64,000 nucleotides of DNA from positions 62,682,001-62,746,000 of the forward strand of contig CM059430.1 in NCBI GenBank assembly GCA_030390025.1, in the 5' to 3' direction. The DNA comes from Squalus acanthias. Its lineage: Eukaryota. Under the pieces are notes generated by a model. That model made no database searches. It was not told where the DNA came from and saw only the letters and a program-made list of their open reading frames with translations. The position numbers and the translations under genes are program-made. Shown piece by piece: positions 33,901-46,219 of the stretch. Numbering within the stretch: the stretch's first letter is position 1; every line of letters starts with the position of its first letter.

Positions 33901-36900
33901 ATGACAAAATGTCATGTACATAAAAGAAACTAGCTCAAATACTTGAGCAGAATATTGAACTACAGGCAGAAAACACCAGATTGAGTGTGGAGCTAGAGTA
34001 TGCAAGTGGAGCGTTAAGGGAATTAAACTGGCGCCAATCCACTGCCGCCCCCGAAGCAGACCATGGCCCGTGCTTTGAAAAAATCCAACAGCTGCAGGCA
34101 AAAATTGGCCAACAACGGGCAGTAGCTGGCTGCTGTCTTCAAGACAAACCCAAAAGATCCTGGCCTTTGCTGTGACAACATAGTTGGGGATACTACTCCC
34201 TCTGCTCCTTCTGTTCGCTTTGCTCCGGCCCCTCGCTACAAGGATGGCGAGGCGGGGGAAAGGATACCAGTATGTGTAGTCACCCGAGCTAAGGCAGCAT
34301 GCGAGACCAGGCGCCACGCTGACCGAGACCTGAAATGCGAGGCAACCTCCTCGACCACCATTAGTAGAGAGCCAGAAACCATTACCACAACCACACATCC
34401 GTCCCTTACTGCGGTTGAAGTGGTGGAGCTAAAGTCTGACCTGGGGGTGGTGGACATGGACACCAGCCCCCTCGACGTCAGGCAGTGGTGGAGGATTTTT
34501 ATAATCAACCAACCATAACTAGAAGGGGACGGCCTCAAAGAGGTACCCCTGGAAGCATGTTCCTCAGGATTAAAATAAGAAATGGACCTGGATATCCTGA
34601 GTGGGGTGGGGGTGCAGCACAATAGATGAGATTGAGTTAGAATTATGCCAAACACTAGGGGAAGAGAGCATTGATTTTCACCAGCTTCTAGCTAGCACCA
34701 AACAGGGCCCTACCGAAAGCCCGAATGCCTTTGTGCATAAACTTCATGGCATCTTCCAGTGCAACAGGTGCGGTGGAAGGAATTACTTCAACGACCCGGG
34801 CTTCAGAACCCTCTTTTTGAACGACCTCCAACCGCTGGTCCGTAATGCGCTGCGCATTTATGTCTCAAAAAACATCGAGTGGAACCAAATACTCGCCCGT
34901 GTCAGGACTGCTTGGGATCAGACCCGTGCCAATATCCCTGTGACACCTGCCAAGGTTGCAGTAGCGACTGTTGAGGGCTCGCTGCCTAAGCAAAAGTCAG
35001 GGCCATCTAGAAATCCAGGGAAAAGTACTGCAGCGTGCTGCAATCTCTGCCAACGTCTAGGCCACTATGCCCGTCAATGCAACAATGGTCACAAACCCCC
35101 CAGACTGGCAGGCCCCGACTCACTAGAACGATGACTGGAAAGAATGGAAGCAGCATTAGGGGCTTTGACCATCGGCCAGGGAGCCCGACAGCGTGTCACG
35201 TTGCATCAACAACCAGAGCAAACAGCAGATCTTCCACCTCCCCTATGACTCCTGCAGGTCTCTCAGGGAGAGATGATTTCCCCTCTCCGATATAATGGTG
35301 GTGGGAGACCGGTCGTCCCAACTGTTGATTCTGGAGCCCGTCAACAATTAATGTGATTCAACTCTGGCTCCTCCACCACAATCATTCACGATCACCACCC
35401 CGATCCTACAAAGGGTGAGCCCCAAGTTTTATTGGACTTTGACAATTCAATCCAGACAACTATACAAGGATCCCTTCCCTTGGAGCTAAAGCAGGGTGTT
35501 GTTTGCAAAGGCACTTTCACGACCAACTCCCTAGTTTGGTCGGTTAGAAAACCGGGTGATTATCGGATGACTATTGACTATCACAAACTCAATTCAGTCA
35601 CCCCCGTGTTTGCCCCGATGGTTCGGGAGACACCCACCCTACTCTCCCAGATTTCCAGTGGCAGTAATCAGTTAAGAATGAGATGCAGTAGAAAACATTA
35701 GAAACTGAAATTTGGTTTATGGGTGAAAGGATAAAATAATTAGGATGGAATAAAAGAGAAAAGGGAAGATCGTGTCTCTTTTCTGCTGATCTATTGGTTT
35801 TTATTTGTTTTCAGTGTGAATTTTGATGTCCTTTTGCAAAGCATCTGTGAGTGTTTGGGAAGTAACAGTATTCCTTTCGTCTGAAGGTCTGTCTTTAAAA
35901 GAAAGTGCCTGTTATGTGTGTTTTATCTCCACCCACTTCTCTGTGCTAAAAGCCATTTAACACGTTGTAGTCTTGTGTTGGATTTTGGAAGTTTTAAGAA
36001 TGTGCGAATAAGATGGTGCACCCAGAATTGAAAAATAAAACTTTGAACTACAATTTAAGTTAAGCTGGTGTAGAAAAACTGAGAAAAACAAAAAGTTTGT
36101 TTAAAAATGATTAAGTTTCAGTCTAAGATTTAACCTTGGAGTTGCAGTTGCTATCGTGAATTTTCCAAAGCAGTTTGATTTGTTTAATTTAAGTGTGAAA
36201 ACTAATTTTTCTCCAGTTGTATTCAATATTTTTACTGTCATTTGAAAAGGCATCTGAAAAAAGAGCAAAGAGAAATATTATGTAACTTACTGTGTTTTAA
36301 TTTGATTTTTTTTCTTTTCTGTATAGTGTTTAGTTAATAAAATATTGATCTGAATTAAATTGGGATTATTAAAGTTAACTAACCTATTAAATTGTGAAAA
36401 CCCAACTGTCTTTTTCGATCGGGAAAGTTTTTTAAATTTACGTGAAGTGACACAATTGTCTGTGTGTGACAATATTTGCTCCGCCTTCTGAAAAGCTGCA
36501 AAGGAGTTAACCCTTTCCGCTGGCAGCTGGATTTTTTTTAATTGGTTCACCCAGAAACTTTGATCTATGTTTTCTATCTTTAATATTGTATTGGACAGAA
36601 AAATTCCTCCAGGGCTCATGAATGAGATATTAATAATTATTAATAGGATGCGCCACTTAAGGTGTAAGATTGAAACAGGAAAATTACACTACCAAATGGG
36701 AATTTTCCTAACTTTCCAGTGAAAGTCAGGAAAGTATAGTTAAGAAAAGTAAATTGATAGCTTTCTCTTGGAGACATTTGTGTCCCTGCCTATAATGAAC
36801 TTTTTAAGAAAACTGAATTTGATAGTCTGGCCACTACCCGAGACACCGGGACCATGAGGTGGAAGAAGAGCAAAGATCTCCAGACAATCTTTTGATAAGA

Positions 36901-39900
36901 TCAGCTGAAAGCCCAAGAATGGCTTGTATCGGATGGCACATGTGGCATGATATTGATTTGTTATGTATGAAGCAATTACCATCCGGAAATGCATGGTGAA
37001 TCCGCACTGAAGAACGGATCTCAGACATGCTCAGTTACTTGACAACAGCACAACATGAAATGGTTAATGTGGCTCAGGAGAGTGAGACAACGTTTAAAGC
37101 ACTGACACATACTCCATCGAGAAAATAGCTAAGTAATGAATAAATCAAAATAGAGTTAAACATACTGGTACCTGTTAGAGGGATTGAAATTGAAGTTGAA
37201 GCAAAGAATTACACGGAATGTTGATTGGGACAATTGAAGCGAGGGAGAAATCATACTTAGCAAGAATTATCCACAAGATGGATACGGGTAAAAGAGATCT
37301 GGAGAATCTTTTAAATCCATGGCTTGTTGATTCGATGTTAAACTGTAGTGTCGCTTATAATGATTGTAAGACTGAATTTAACTGTGACTGTAATAATTGT
37401 GTTTTGTAGGTAACAGAGTGTGGGAAAAACCAGTACGAATCCAGTATGAGGTGGTTTTGGTGGTGCCTCCTGTGTCACTACTACCGCAACTAGCATGCTT
37501 TGTCGGTCTAACAGGACCTGTCCAATTAATAGCCCCAGTTTCTGCTTCACACCACATCTACCAACAACCATCAACCAACACGTTTTACTCAGTATCAAAA
37601 CCTATGCTCAACTGAAACTGACAGTAAATGAGACACTTAAGTATGAGCTGCATAATTCGGGCATGACATTCCCCTGTTGTCTAACGGCTTCAGTGAACTT
37701 GTGATGTTACTGAACTCCTCCCTCAAGCATCTTTATGTTTTGGGGCAAGACAACTCGAGAATAGATATTGAAATTGACAGCATAGGGGAAGATTCGCACT
37801 GGTGGGATATTGGGCTTAATATATCAGCATACCCTATGTTCGTATTATTTCACACACTCTGGTAGATCTCCAACTTGTATTGATAGTGTATTTGATAGAT
37901 GTAACCTGTGTAGTAAGACTTTGATGCACAAGCCAATTGTGTACACATGCTTATGACTAACCAGCACGAAGAAATTAATTGAGCACACTGAAAGAGAAGA
38001 TCCGGAGCAACGTAGAGGAGACCGCAGGCGGGGTAAGATCAGGAAAGATAGAAGAAAAAGAGGATTCCCCAGGCGGGGCAGAATTGGAACACCGGAACAG
38101 TGCACTGAACCTGTGTGAAGGGTCGGAAGTTGCTCCTCCGCCTCAAAAGAATGGGCCGTAAGGAAGGGGTTAATCTTCATTTCTGAGTCTCCCTACTAAC
38201 TATTGCCCAAGATGAGAAAGCAATAAGCAAATTTACGAACTACCAGTGGTGGAAACTAATTTATAATGCCAGCTAGCACGCTGGGCACGAATGTTATCAG
38301 CGGGCCCATAACTTAGAAGGAGCTAGATTAGTCAAAAGAGGGTTGTGCGAAGTCAATAGGATATTTCCTTCTCAAGGTGGGGAGTTGTAAGAAATCATGA
38401 ATTGGAAAACATAACTTGAGACAAAAAATTCTCTTCAGACGGGTGTTATAATAACTGGATAGACGGAATTTGCTTAGTTTTTGGTTCCCTGTGGAATTTA
38501 TAACATTCTGCACCGTGCTGGTGACTTTATTTCTAGACTAGCTGTCTGCTGTTTGTGTGCTAGAAAGGTTGTTGACTGTATCTTTGATAATCTACACTGG
38601 GCACACACCTAAAAAGAGAGTAAAAGAGATATCTAAAGAGCTTTTAGCACAGATGGTGAAGAGAAGGGAAGAGCTGTTCGCGCACGCCAGCCGTATGTCC
38701 GATCGGGACCGATACCAGCTGCTTGTCACGGTCGTATGTCTACTATGTCTATCTTGATTGCGTGTTGTACTTACCTTAAACTGTCACTCCTTAATAAAAT
38801 GCATTACAACACCTAAGACCCTTTGGGTAATCTGTGTGTGACCTGTTATCCAAATCTTACAGTAGATAAGGGGGAAGCGGTGAATGTAGTGTATTTGAAT
38901 TTACAAAACACATTCGATAAGGTGCCACACAAGACGTTATTACACAAAATTAGGGCTCATGGGATTGGAGGTAATGTATTAGCGTCGATTGAGGATTGGT
39001 TAACGGACAGAAAACACACAGTAGGAATAAATGGGTAGTTTCGGGTATAACTAGTGGGGTATCTCAGGGATCATTGTTTAGGCCTCAGCTATTTTCAATC
39101 TATATCAATGACCTAGATGAGGGGACCAAGTGTAAGTTATTCAAGTTTGCTTATGATACAAATCTCCATGGGACAGTATGTCGTGAGGAGGACGCAAAGA
39201 GGCTACATGGGGATATAGGCAGGTTAAGTGAGTGGGCTAGTACATGGCAGATGGAATATAACGTGCAGAAATGTGAAGTTATCAACTTTGGTAGGAAAAA
39301 TAGAAAAGCAGAATATTTTTTAAATATTGACAGATTGGAAAATGTTGGTATTCGGAGGGACCAGGGTCTCCTTATACACGAATCATAGAAAGTCAACATG
39401 CAGGTATAGCAAGCAATTAGGAAAACAAATGGTATATTAGCCTTAATTACGAAAGGATTGGTGTATAAGAGGAAAGACGTCTTACTGTAGTTATGTATGA
39501 TCTTGGTGAGACCACACCTGGAGTATTCCTTTTCTGAGGAAGGATATATTTGCCTTAGAGGGAGTGTAACGAAGGTTCACTAGACTAATTCCTGGGATGG
39601 GTTGGTTGTCCTAGGAGGAGAGATTTAGTAGACTAGACCTTTATTCGCTACAGTTTAGAAGAATGAGAGGTGATCTCATTGAAATGTCTAAAATTTTGAA
39701 GTGGCTTGGCAGGGTAGATGCTGGGAGTCTGTTTCCTCCTGCTGGGGAGTCTAGAGCTCGGGTTCACAGTCTCAGAATAAGGGTTCGGTCATTTAGGACT
39801 GAGATGAGAAGAAATTTCTTCACTCAAAGTGTTGTGAATCTTTGGAATTCTACATCCCAGAGGGCTGTGAATGCTCAGTCGGTGAGAATATGGCAGACAG

Positions 39901-42900
39901 ACATGGATAGACTTTTGGATACTAAGGGAACCAAGGAAATAGGGACAGTGCGGGTACGTGGATTCGAGGTAGAAGATCAGCCATAATCCTATTCAATGGT
40001 GGAGCAGGTTCGGAGGGCCGAATGGATTACTCCTGCAACCATTTCTTATGTTCTTATGATTCTATAAACAGTTATTACCCAGGTACTTTTTCAACGAAAC
40101 AACCAGTTTCTTCTCTGCCATTGAACAATTTTTTCAGTAACGCACCGGGTGCCAAGTACATTTCTAACATTGGCCCAGAAATTTGACTCGGAGGCTTGCC
40201 GCAGGGGTAAGGATCCCCCGCGATATCACACTCCGCGCCGGCCGTTGAGTTTCGGGCCCACAGGAACTTCGGGTCCTGGGCCTCTCCCCGGCGCGCAGTG
40301 TGCGCGTGTCCCAGAGATGCAATTATTGCGATGCGACCTCTGGGATCACGTGGGCCATGGAGAGCCAATGGCAGCAGACTATCTTTCATTCATAGATTTG
40401 ACAGGAGACCTGTCAAATTTATGAATACAAATTGCACCCAAAAGAACAGCTAAACCTCAAATAATTTTTTTAAAAACCATCACATTAATAAAATAACTAT
40501 AGTTAAATAAATTAACTACTTGAAACAAAAATTTAAATTTTTGAAAAATTTAAATTCATTTTAAAGGTTATAAAAATAAACTTACCTTTCTTTAAAGTCT
40601 CTAAATAAGATAAACCTGTTGAAAAAAATTATTATACTTAATTAACTACTTACCTTGTTAAAAGGGCGTCTTACGCCTCCTTTTTTCATGTGTAAATTCT
40701 TCCATACTTCCCCTCGCGTTGAAACCTGAAAAAAAAACTCGTTGTGTGCTGCGTGCGCACAGCCTGAAGTGCGCACGCGGTTCACCTAGGAACCGCCCCA
40801 CACGCCATACCGGAAGTGCCGTTTTCCCGCGCATGCGCAGTGCATGCAGGAAACCGGCACTTCGGGATCGAATACGGGTGAGTACACAGTGCGTGCTCTC
40901 CCGTATTAGGCCGAATTTTGGGCCTATGATTTGAATGACTCACTAAGACCGGACAAATACATTTAGTCATTAGACGTAAATTGTTCTGACGTGACTATGA
41001 TATAATCTTTCCATTATAGCAATCTTTCTTGACATTTCAATCGCCTACTGGGATGGATGAATGAACGTACCAGCTCTTGAGGGCGGTTCGGTCCCCTTAC
41101 ACATTCTTCTTTACCTGGAAACGATTGAAATTTAAAGATATTGAAAGATTGCAACATTTACTCAGTTTCAATGTCAGTGATTGCAAAAACATTTCTAGAG
41201 TCAGACAAAGCCGAACATGATTTCCAATTCCGGATTGTGCCGATAGTGCTTGAAATCCCAGCACTTGTAGCGATCAGCAATGGTGGATTTTTTTGATATT
41301 TCTCGGAAACTAAGGGAATCTTTGTGGGCATTAGGGGATCAGGCGATATGGGGATAGGGCGGGAAAGTGGTGTTGAGGTAGAGGATCAGCATGGCGGAAT
41401 AGGCTCAAGGGCAGTACGGTCTAACACTGCTCCTATTTATTATGTTCTTATGTGTACAACCAATCCCCGGCCGGATCCTCACACTCCTTCACTCAAATTA
41501 GTTGCGCATCCATAACAGAATGGGTTGGAAAGTGATTGTGTGTCAGGGTACATGTCATTTATTATGCTGCAAAGGGGGCACTTCTGTTGCAAACATACAA
41601 ATAATTATTTCAATTTTTATTACGATTCTTTGAGCAATTCAGCGTTTTAAAATGTATTTAGAACAATCCGTGCTCCCTGAAACAGATAACACTGTTTTCA
41701 TCTTTAAGTCCTAATCGAGTTCTGCTTCCCCAATGTTACCGGAGACTGTCATTAACCCGCAGGTTTTGTAATAAAATAAAGGGCCTACAGTTGATCTTAC
41801 CTTCATTCTTCTGCAGTCGCCACCGCGTCCCAATGAAAATCACGAGCACCAGAAACGCCAATCCACCCACCGCACACCCAGGAGCCCAGATATAAAGTGA
41901 ATTATCGGCACTACCTGTAAGATTAATAGGAACATTAAGTTATGGTGGGCGTTGGCTAAGAATAGGCCTCAAGATAGATTGAGTTAAACTATGATGTTTC
42001 TTTCAGTAACTCCGCGGTATAGAACGGCAATAAGAAAGATTAAATACAAAATGTTATTTCTTTTAGATATCATCTTTAAGGTAACTTCTTCGTCGAATGG
42101 ATGAGACATTCGGGATTAATCCGCACAACACACTACCGGTTTACGGATCTCACAACACTGTTTTAGGAGAGTTAGAATACGAGAGAGATCAATTTCCCAT
42201 GACCAAAAGACTTGTTCTTGACGTTTCTTATTTATTAACATATAGTTTGAGGAAATTGGAGGCAAATGCGTCACAAGAGTTTTTTCTTTGCCGGCACAAA
42301 ATTCTGGGTTGCTGCAATCGGTTAAGAATCCCCTTTCAATTACCTGACCTTTGTTTTTTACAGTAAGAAGGTCACTGAATAGTAAGGGCTATCAACGGGC
42401 AATGGTTCATTGATTATTGCCCTTCGGGGCAAAGAGTTCTTCACAATATGACGTATCGAACCGGTTGAACTGTCGCCAGGTTGCGGGCACAGGTTAAATG
42501 AGATTTATGAGACAGATTCCAATTAAACCCGTTATGACATGGACGGGTGAGGGGTAAAAGCTGGCCAGGGGTTAATTTCAGATCTCTACAGTAGAATTAG
42601 CCGATAGGGGGATGAGGATCAGGAACTGCATTGGAAGAAGCCCAAGTGCAAACAGCGTGACTGCTGCTCCTGGTAACAGTCTTGGTACAAGGACAGCAGG
42701 CAATGGTAAAGAATAAAACGATCTTAAAATTGAAACAAAATAAATTGAATAAGTATTCATAATAAACAGGTGAGGAAATATAATCGGATAGAAGTGATAA
42801 ACTCTTGTTTATAATTGTTATAAATTAATAAAAGGAATATGACATAAAATAATGTTTGACAGAATATGTGTGTGGCTGGATGTGGGGTCGGCAGAGCTGT

Positions 42901-45011
42901 GGCCAGGAGGTACCAATGGAATGGATCTCGACCATGAAAGTTAGAGGGGGATGTAAGCTTGAACAGAATGGGAGAAGGTAAGATCTCGGATTAATCATGT
43001 TGTCGTGTGTGAGAGTACTGGAATTTGGGAAGAGAATGGAATTTTAGTGTGTGTGTTCTTGGTTGCTCGGATTATCCAGCACCGGGGGGTAGAAGGCCAT
43101 TTCGTAACTGAAATGCGAGACCTGGGAACACAGGAAATGAGCTGGTGTTTGGGAACAATGACGGTGTAAAAGCCCTCACCGTGAATCGCCCATCAGAGGC
43201 GGGATTCAGAGACGCTCGAGACCAGACAAACGAACGGTCGCTTCTAGTCCTGCAACTCATGTAAAGAACCAGGAAATGGGAAAAATGAATTCAGTATAAC
43301 AAAAGCAAACGGTTGATTCTTTAGTAATAAGCAAGAAATGTAAAATAATTGCATAGAAGAGATAAACAGCCTGCACGTATTTGTTTTAACAATTGGTAGC
43401 TGATGAGGTTTAATAGGCAGTTACTGGGTGAAGGGCGATAATAATCCTTCGGTTTCACAACGGGTCCGGGTCAACAATATTTTACATTGAAACATTAATT
43501 TTCTCTTTGCTTTGCTGTTTCCTGGACGTATTTTCAAAATAAATTCATGATTATCAATATGAACAAACTTTATGAAATACCCTTTCAGAAGATAACAGTA
43601 GCTGACCTCACTTCTTGGCCTGATGCCTTCGTACCTGGGTCGCAATTGATAACTGTGTAGATGGCAATGGCGGGAGTCCGAAGGGAGGCATGAGATACCA
43701 AACAGATGTAAACAGCCCCGTTCGGCACAGGCTGCGTCTCTTCAAAAGGGCTGGAAACTTCATACAGTCCCTCAGTGTTCTGCCGTTTAGTGTCATTTAT
43801 CCCAGTTGCGGTTTCGACGCCATTTTTATACCAAACGAGGGTTAAATCGCCCGGGTAAAACTCAGCTGTTTCACACACAAGAATCAGAAAGGCAGAAGAA
43901 TTTCTCTCGGGTATCCTGGGGGAAATCTTCAATGGAGTTGGGGCAGCTGCGGAACAGAGAATGTAGAAAATCAGGTTACTGGGGCGATATTAAACATAAG
44001 ATATGGAAGAACAATGGTATCCTCAGTCGCTCTCTGTTTGTTTGTAACTCTGGGTCTGTCTGTCTGTCTCCCCAAGAGAGCCGTGTTTTTGGCGGGAGCG
44101 GTGCATTAATAGAAAAGATATTCAGCCAGTCATCAATATATTTGGAATTTGTTCCGCAACTTCCACCTTCAGAAGTCTGATGTAAAAATTACGTTTTGAG
44201 ATGAATCGAGTAACATGTTACTTAATCTGGTTAATATTGCTGGAATTTTTCACAACTCAGCAAATGAAGCGTCATGTTATGCCATATAATTAGTAGTTGT
44301 GTGCAGAGTTTCAATGTAAATGTAGTAATATAATTGTTTTATAATATCAAAGACGGTGCAATAAAACATTGACAAAACATCATCCTTGTTACATTTGATA
44401 CATTTGGAAATTCCCGCTCTCTCCGGTCACTTACCGTTCACAGTTAGATGTGATCCTGCTCCTTTTCCAATAATTCTTCCCTGACGGATCACTGCGCAGT
44501 GATACATTCCAGTGTCCCGGATAGTCGCGTTCAGTAACTCAAATAAAGCGTCTCCATTATCTTTCAGAGTAAATCTATTTCTGCTATCGGCTCCTCTTTG
44601 CAGATATTCATTCTCACCCTCTTTCTTCCAATGCACTTCTATCTCTGAATTGCGAAGGGACCCTGGGACTACGCAGTGGAAGGTGATGTTTGTCCCCCTT
44701 AATATACGTACTTTTCTGGGAGTTTGAGACACGCTGATCGAAGAGTTCGCAGCAGCTGTTGGAAAATATATTCAAAGTTTGCTTAATTGTATTCTATGCG
44801 GAACCAAACACTTTAAAATGCATTTCTACATGGAAATGAAAAAGCGTTAAAAGAATACAGACCGACTAATTATATTTCATTCAATTTCTGTGGTAACTAC
44901 ATCAGGTATGTTTTTTATTAAGACAGCTCGATTTGAGAATAAACAGGTACCTGTGAAAATGATCCCCGGGAGAGACAGGAACAGGAAAAGAAACATCACA
45001 GTCGACAACAT
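30741..45011 (-). CDS. Gene B: V-C1-TM IgSF receptor with ITIM/ITSM-like tail (inhibitory type, SIRP-like organisation). Spliced CDS join(44951-45011, 44435-44755, 43635-43946, 41801-41914, 41071-41114, 30741-30914), 341 aa
   Basis: Six exons, all GT-AG, phases 1,1,1,1,0, summing to 1026 nt with no internal stop. Confidence 0.85.
31866..32965 (+). mobile_element. RT fragment of LINE family 2
   Basis: ORF 31866-32579, DAQFGFR...FDIKAAYD. Confidence 0.85.
33052..38861 (+). mobile_element. Degenerate env-bearing LTR retroelement / ERV in gene B last intron
   Basis: 3' LTR 38386-38861 (TGTAAGA...TCTTACA) after PPT aaggtggggag. Partial 5' LTR 33052-~33413. PBS-like ttgtgtcagaattggaat 33416-33433 (resembles tRNA-Leu PBS). 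Gag CCHC CNLCQRLGHYARQC, RT start NSLVWSVRKPGDYRMTIDY, env-like Cys-rich fragments at 37.0-37.9 kb. Confidence 0.8.
38862..40060 (+). mobile_element. CR1 RT / 3' portion; a 5' part is probably at 31500-31865
   Basis: VVYLNLQNTFDKVPH, SQGSLFRPQLF, MRGDLIE, tail ttcttatgttcttatg. Confidence 0.85.
40172..40924. mobile_element. MITE-like TIR element in gene B last intron
   Basis: ggcccagaaattt...aattttgggcc, same internal motifs as the other copies. Confidence 0.85.
41071..41114 (-). CDS. Gene B cytoplasmic exon 1: GKEECVRGPNRPQEL
   Basis: Acceptor gtttccag|GT, donor CTG|GTACGT, 44 nt, phase 1 in and phase 0 out, matching the next exon. Confidence 0.75.
41801..41914 (-). CDS. Gene B transmembrane exon: GSADNSLYIWAPGCAVGGLAFLVLVIFIGTRWRLQKNE
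   Basis: Acceptor aatcttacag|GT, donor GAAG|GTAAGA. Uncharged hydrophobic span followed by the basic stop-transfer RWR. Confidence 0.88.
42578..42669 (-). CDS. Gene B candidate alternative terminal exon (GPI-signal-like): GAAVTLFALGLLPMQFLILIPLSANSTVEI*
   Basis: Acceptor ttaccag|GA, phase 1, 92 nt, hydrophobic. Minus-strand AATAAA at 42231-42236. Confidence 0.5.
43635..43946 (-). CDS. Gene B exon 3, C1-set domain
   Basis: Acceptor ctctgttccgcag|CTG. Phase-1 donor CCAG|GTACGA at 43635; the GTGAGG at 43611 would be phase 0. FYP and YICLVSH motifs. Confidence 0.85.
44435..44755 (-). CDS. Gene B exon 2, V-set (VJ-type) domain
   Basis: Same splice sites as gene A V. One substitution (ACC>AAC, T>N) relative to 7394-7714. 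Confidence 0.9.
44951..45011 (-). CDS. Gene B exon 1, signal peptide
   Basis: ATG at 45011, MLSTVMFLFLFLSLPGIIFT, donor ACAG|GTACCT. Confidence 0.85.
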
Positions 45012-46219
45012 TCCGAGCAAAGGATTCAACTGATCACTGACTGCACCAACCGTCTGCTTGCCACTGGAGGAAGGGTTTGCTGATTATTTAAACCGAAGTG
45101 CTTCGTAATGACGTTTGACATCCTGTGTCTGTTGGTTAAAAATAGGGTTCGTTTGTGAAGTGAAATTTGATGACCGTTCTGCTCTAAGGCAGCCATTGGA
45201 ATCACCTCTGTCACGGCCAACAAAAGCTGAGGAAAAATAATGTGCGAAATTCCAAATAGAGAATTAACCACCGATCGCTGAGCCACTGTTGGTTTCTACC
45301 AGATGAAGTAGTCGAATGTGTACATTCCTTGTAGTGAATCTCGTGAGGCAAATATTCTTCCACTTCCCTTAGGCTGTCCGTTGCTGTTAACGTCACACAA
45401 TAGACTGCAGATGTCAAAGCCGAACAAACTGGGAACATTTATAAATTATTAATAATTCGTTCTTAAATAACAGTAACAATATTTTATGATAAACACTGAA
45501 GGTGAGAAGTGACTGATTAACACAGCAGTTGCGTGTATGGAGATTGTTCTACTATTATTCTAAGCATTGCTGCACATTTCACGTGATCGCATTTATTGTG
45601 ATGTGTTATATCTCGGGAGACCTGATACTATTCCGAACACAGTGACCTGAATCACGACCGTCAATGATAACGATGGGGTTTACTTTCACCTTAAAATAAC
45701 CTTATTGAATATTTAGGAAATAGAGCTTTGATGATTCCTTCAGAGAGCTGCCGATGTATGTTTGAGGTCAGGGCTTCTTTGCAAATGCAATTTCCTGCTA
45801 TCAGCGCGTCCGGCCCAAAATGTTTGGAGGAAAATGTTGATAGCCACGATGAAACTGCAAATTCGTTTGATAGCGGATATATTAGCTAGATTAAAATAAT
45901 GTGCATTTACTGAGCTTCCAGGTCAAGAGCTCAATGGCCAAAAATATGTTACGGAAAGTGAAGGGTAATATTCTTCTCATTCGAGTGTATGGGAGCCTTC
46001 ACCGTTATTTGAAGGGTCTCCTAAAGCGTTCGCATATTGCAGGTGTCCACGGACGCCGCACTTAGAAAATGTAGGTAAGGATTTGTGCGTAGTACAGTAC
46101 GCCACAAATTAGTACCTAAAATGTTTGATTGATTTATACAGTCACTCACACTTAAGTTTATCTGATGTTTGTGGTGAAGTGCGGAGAGTAGCGAATGTTT
46201 CCATTCGAAACCACAACAG

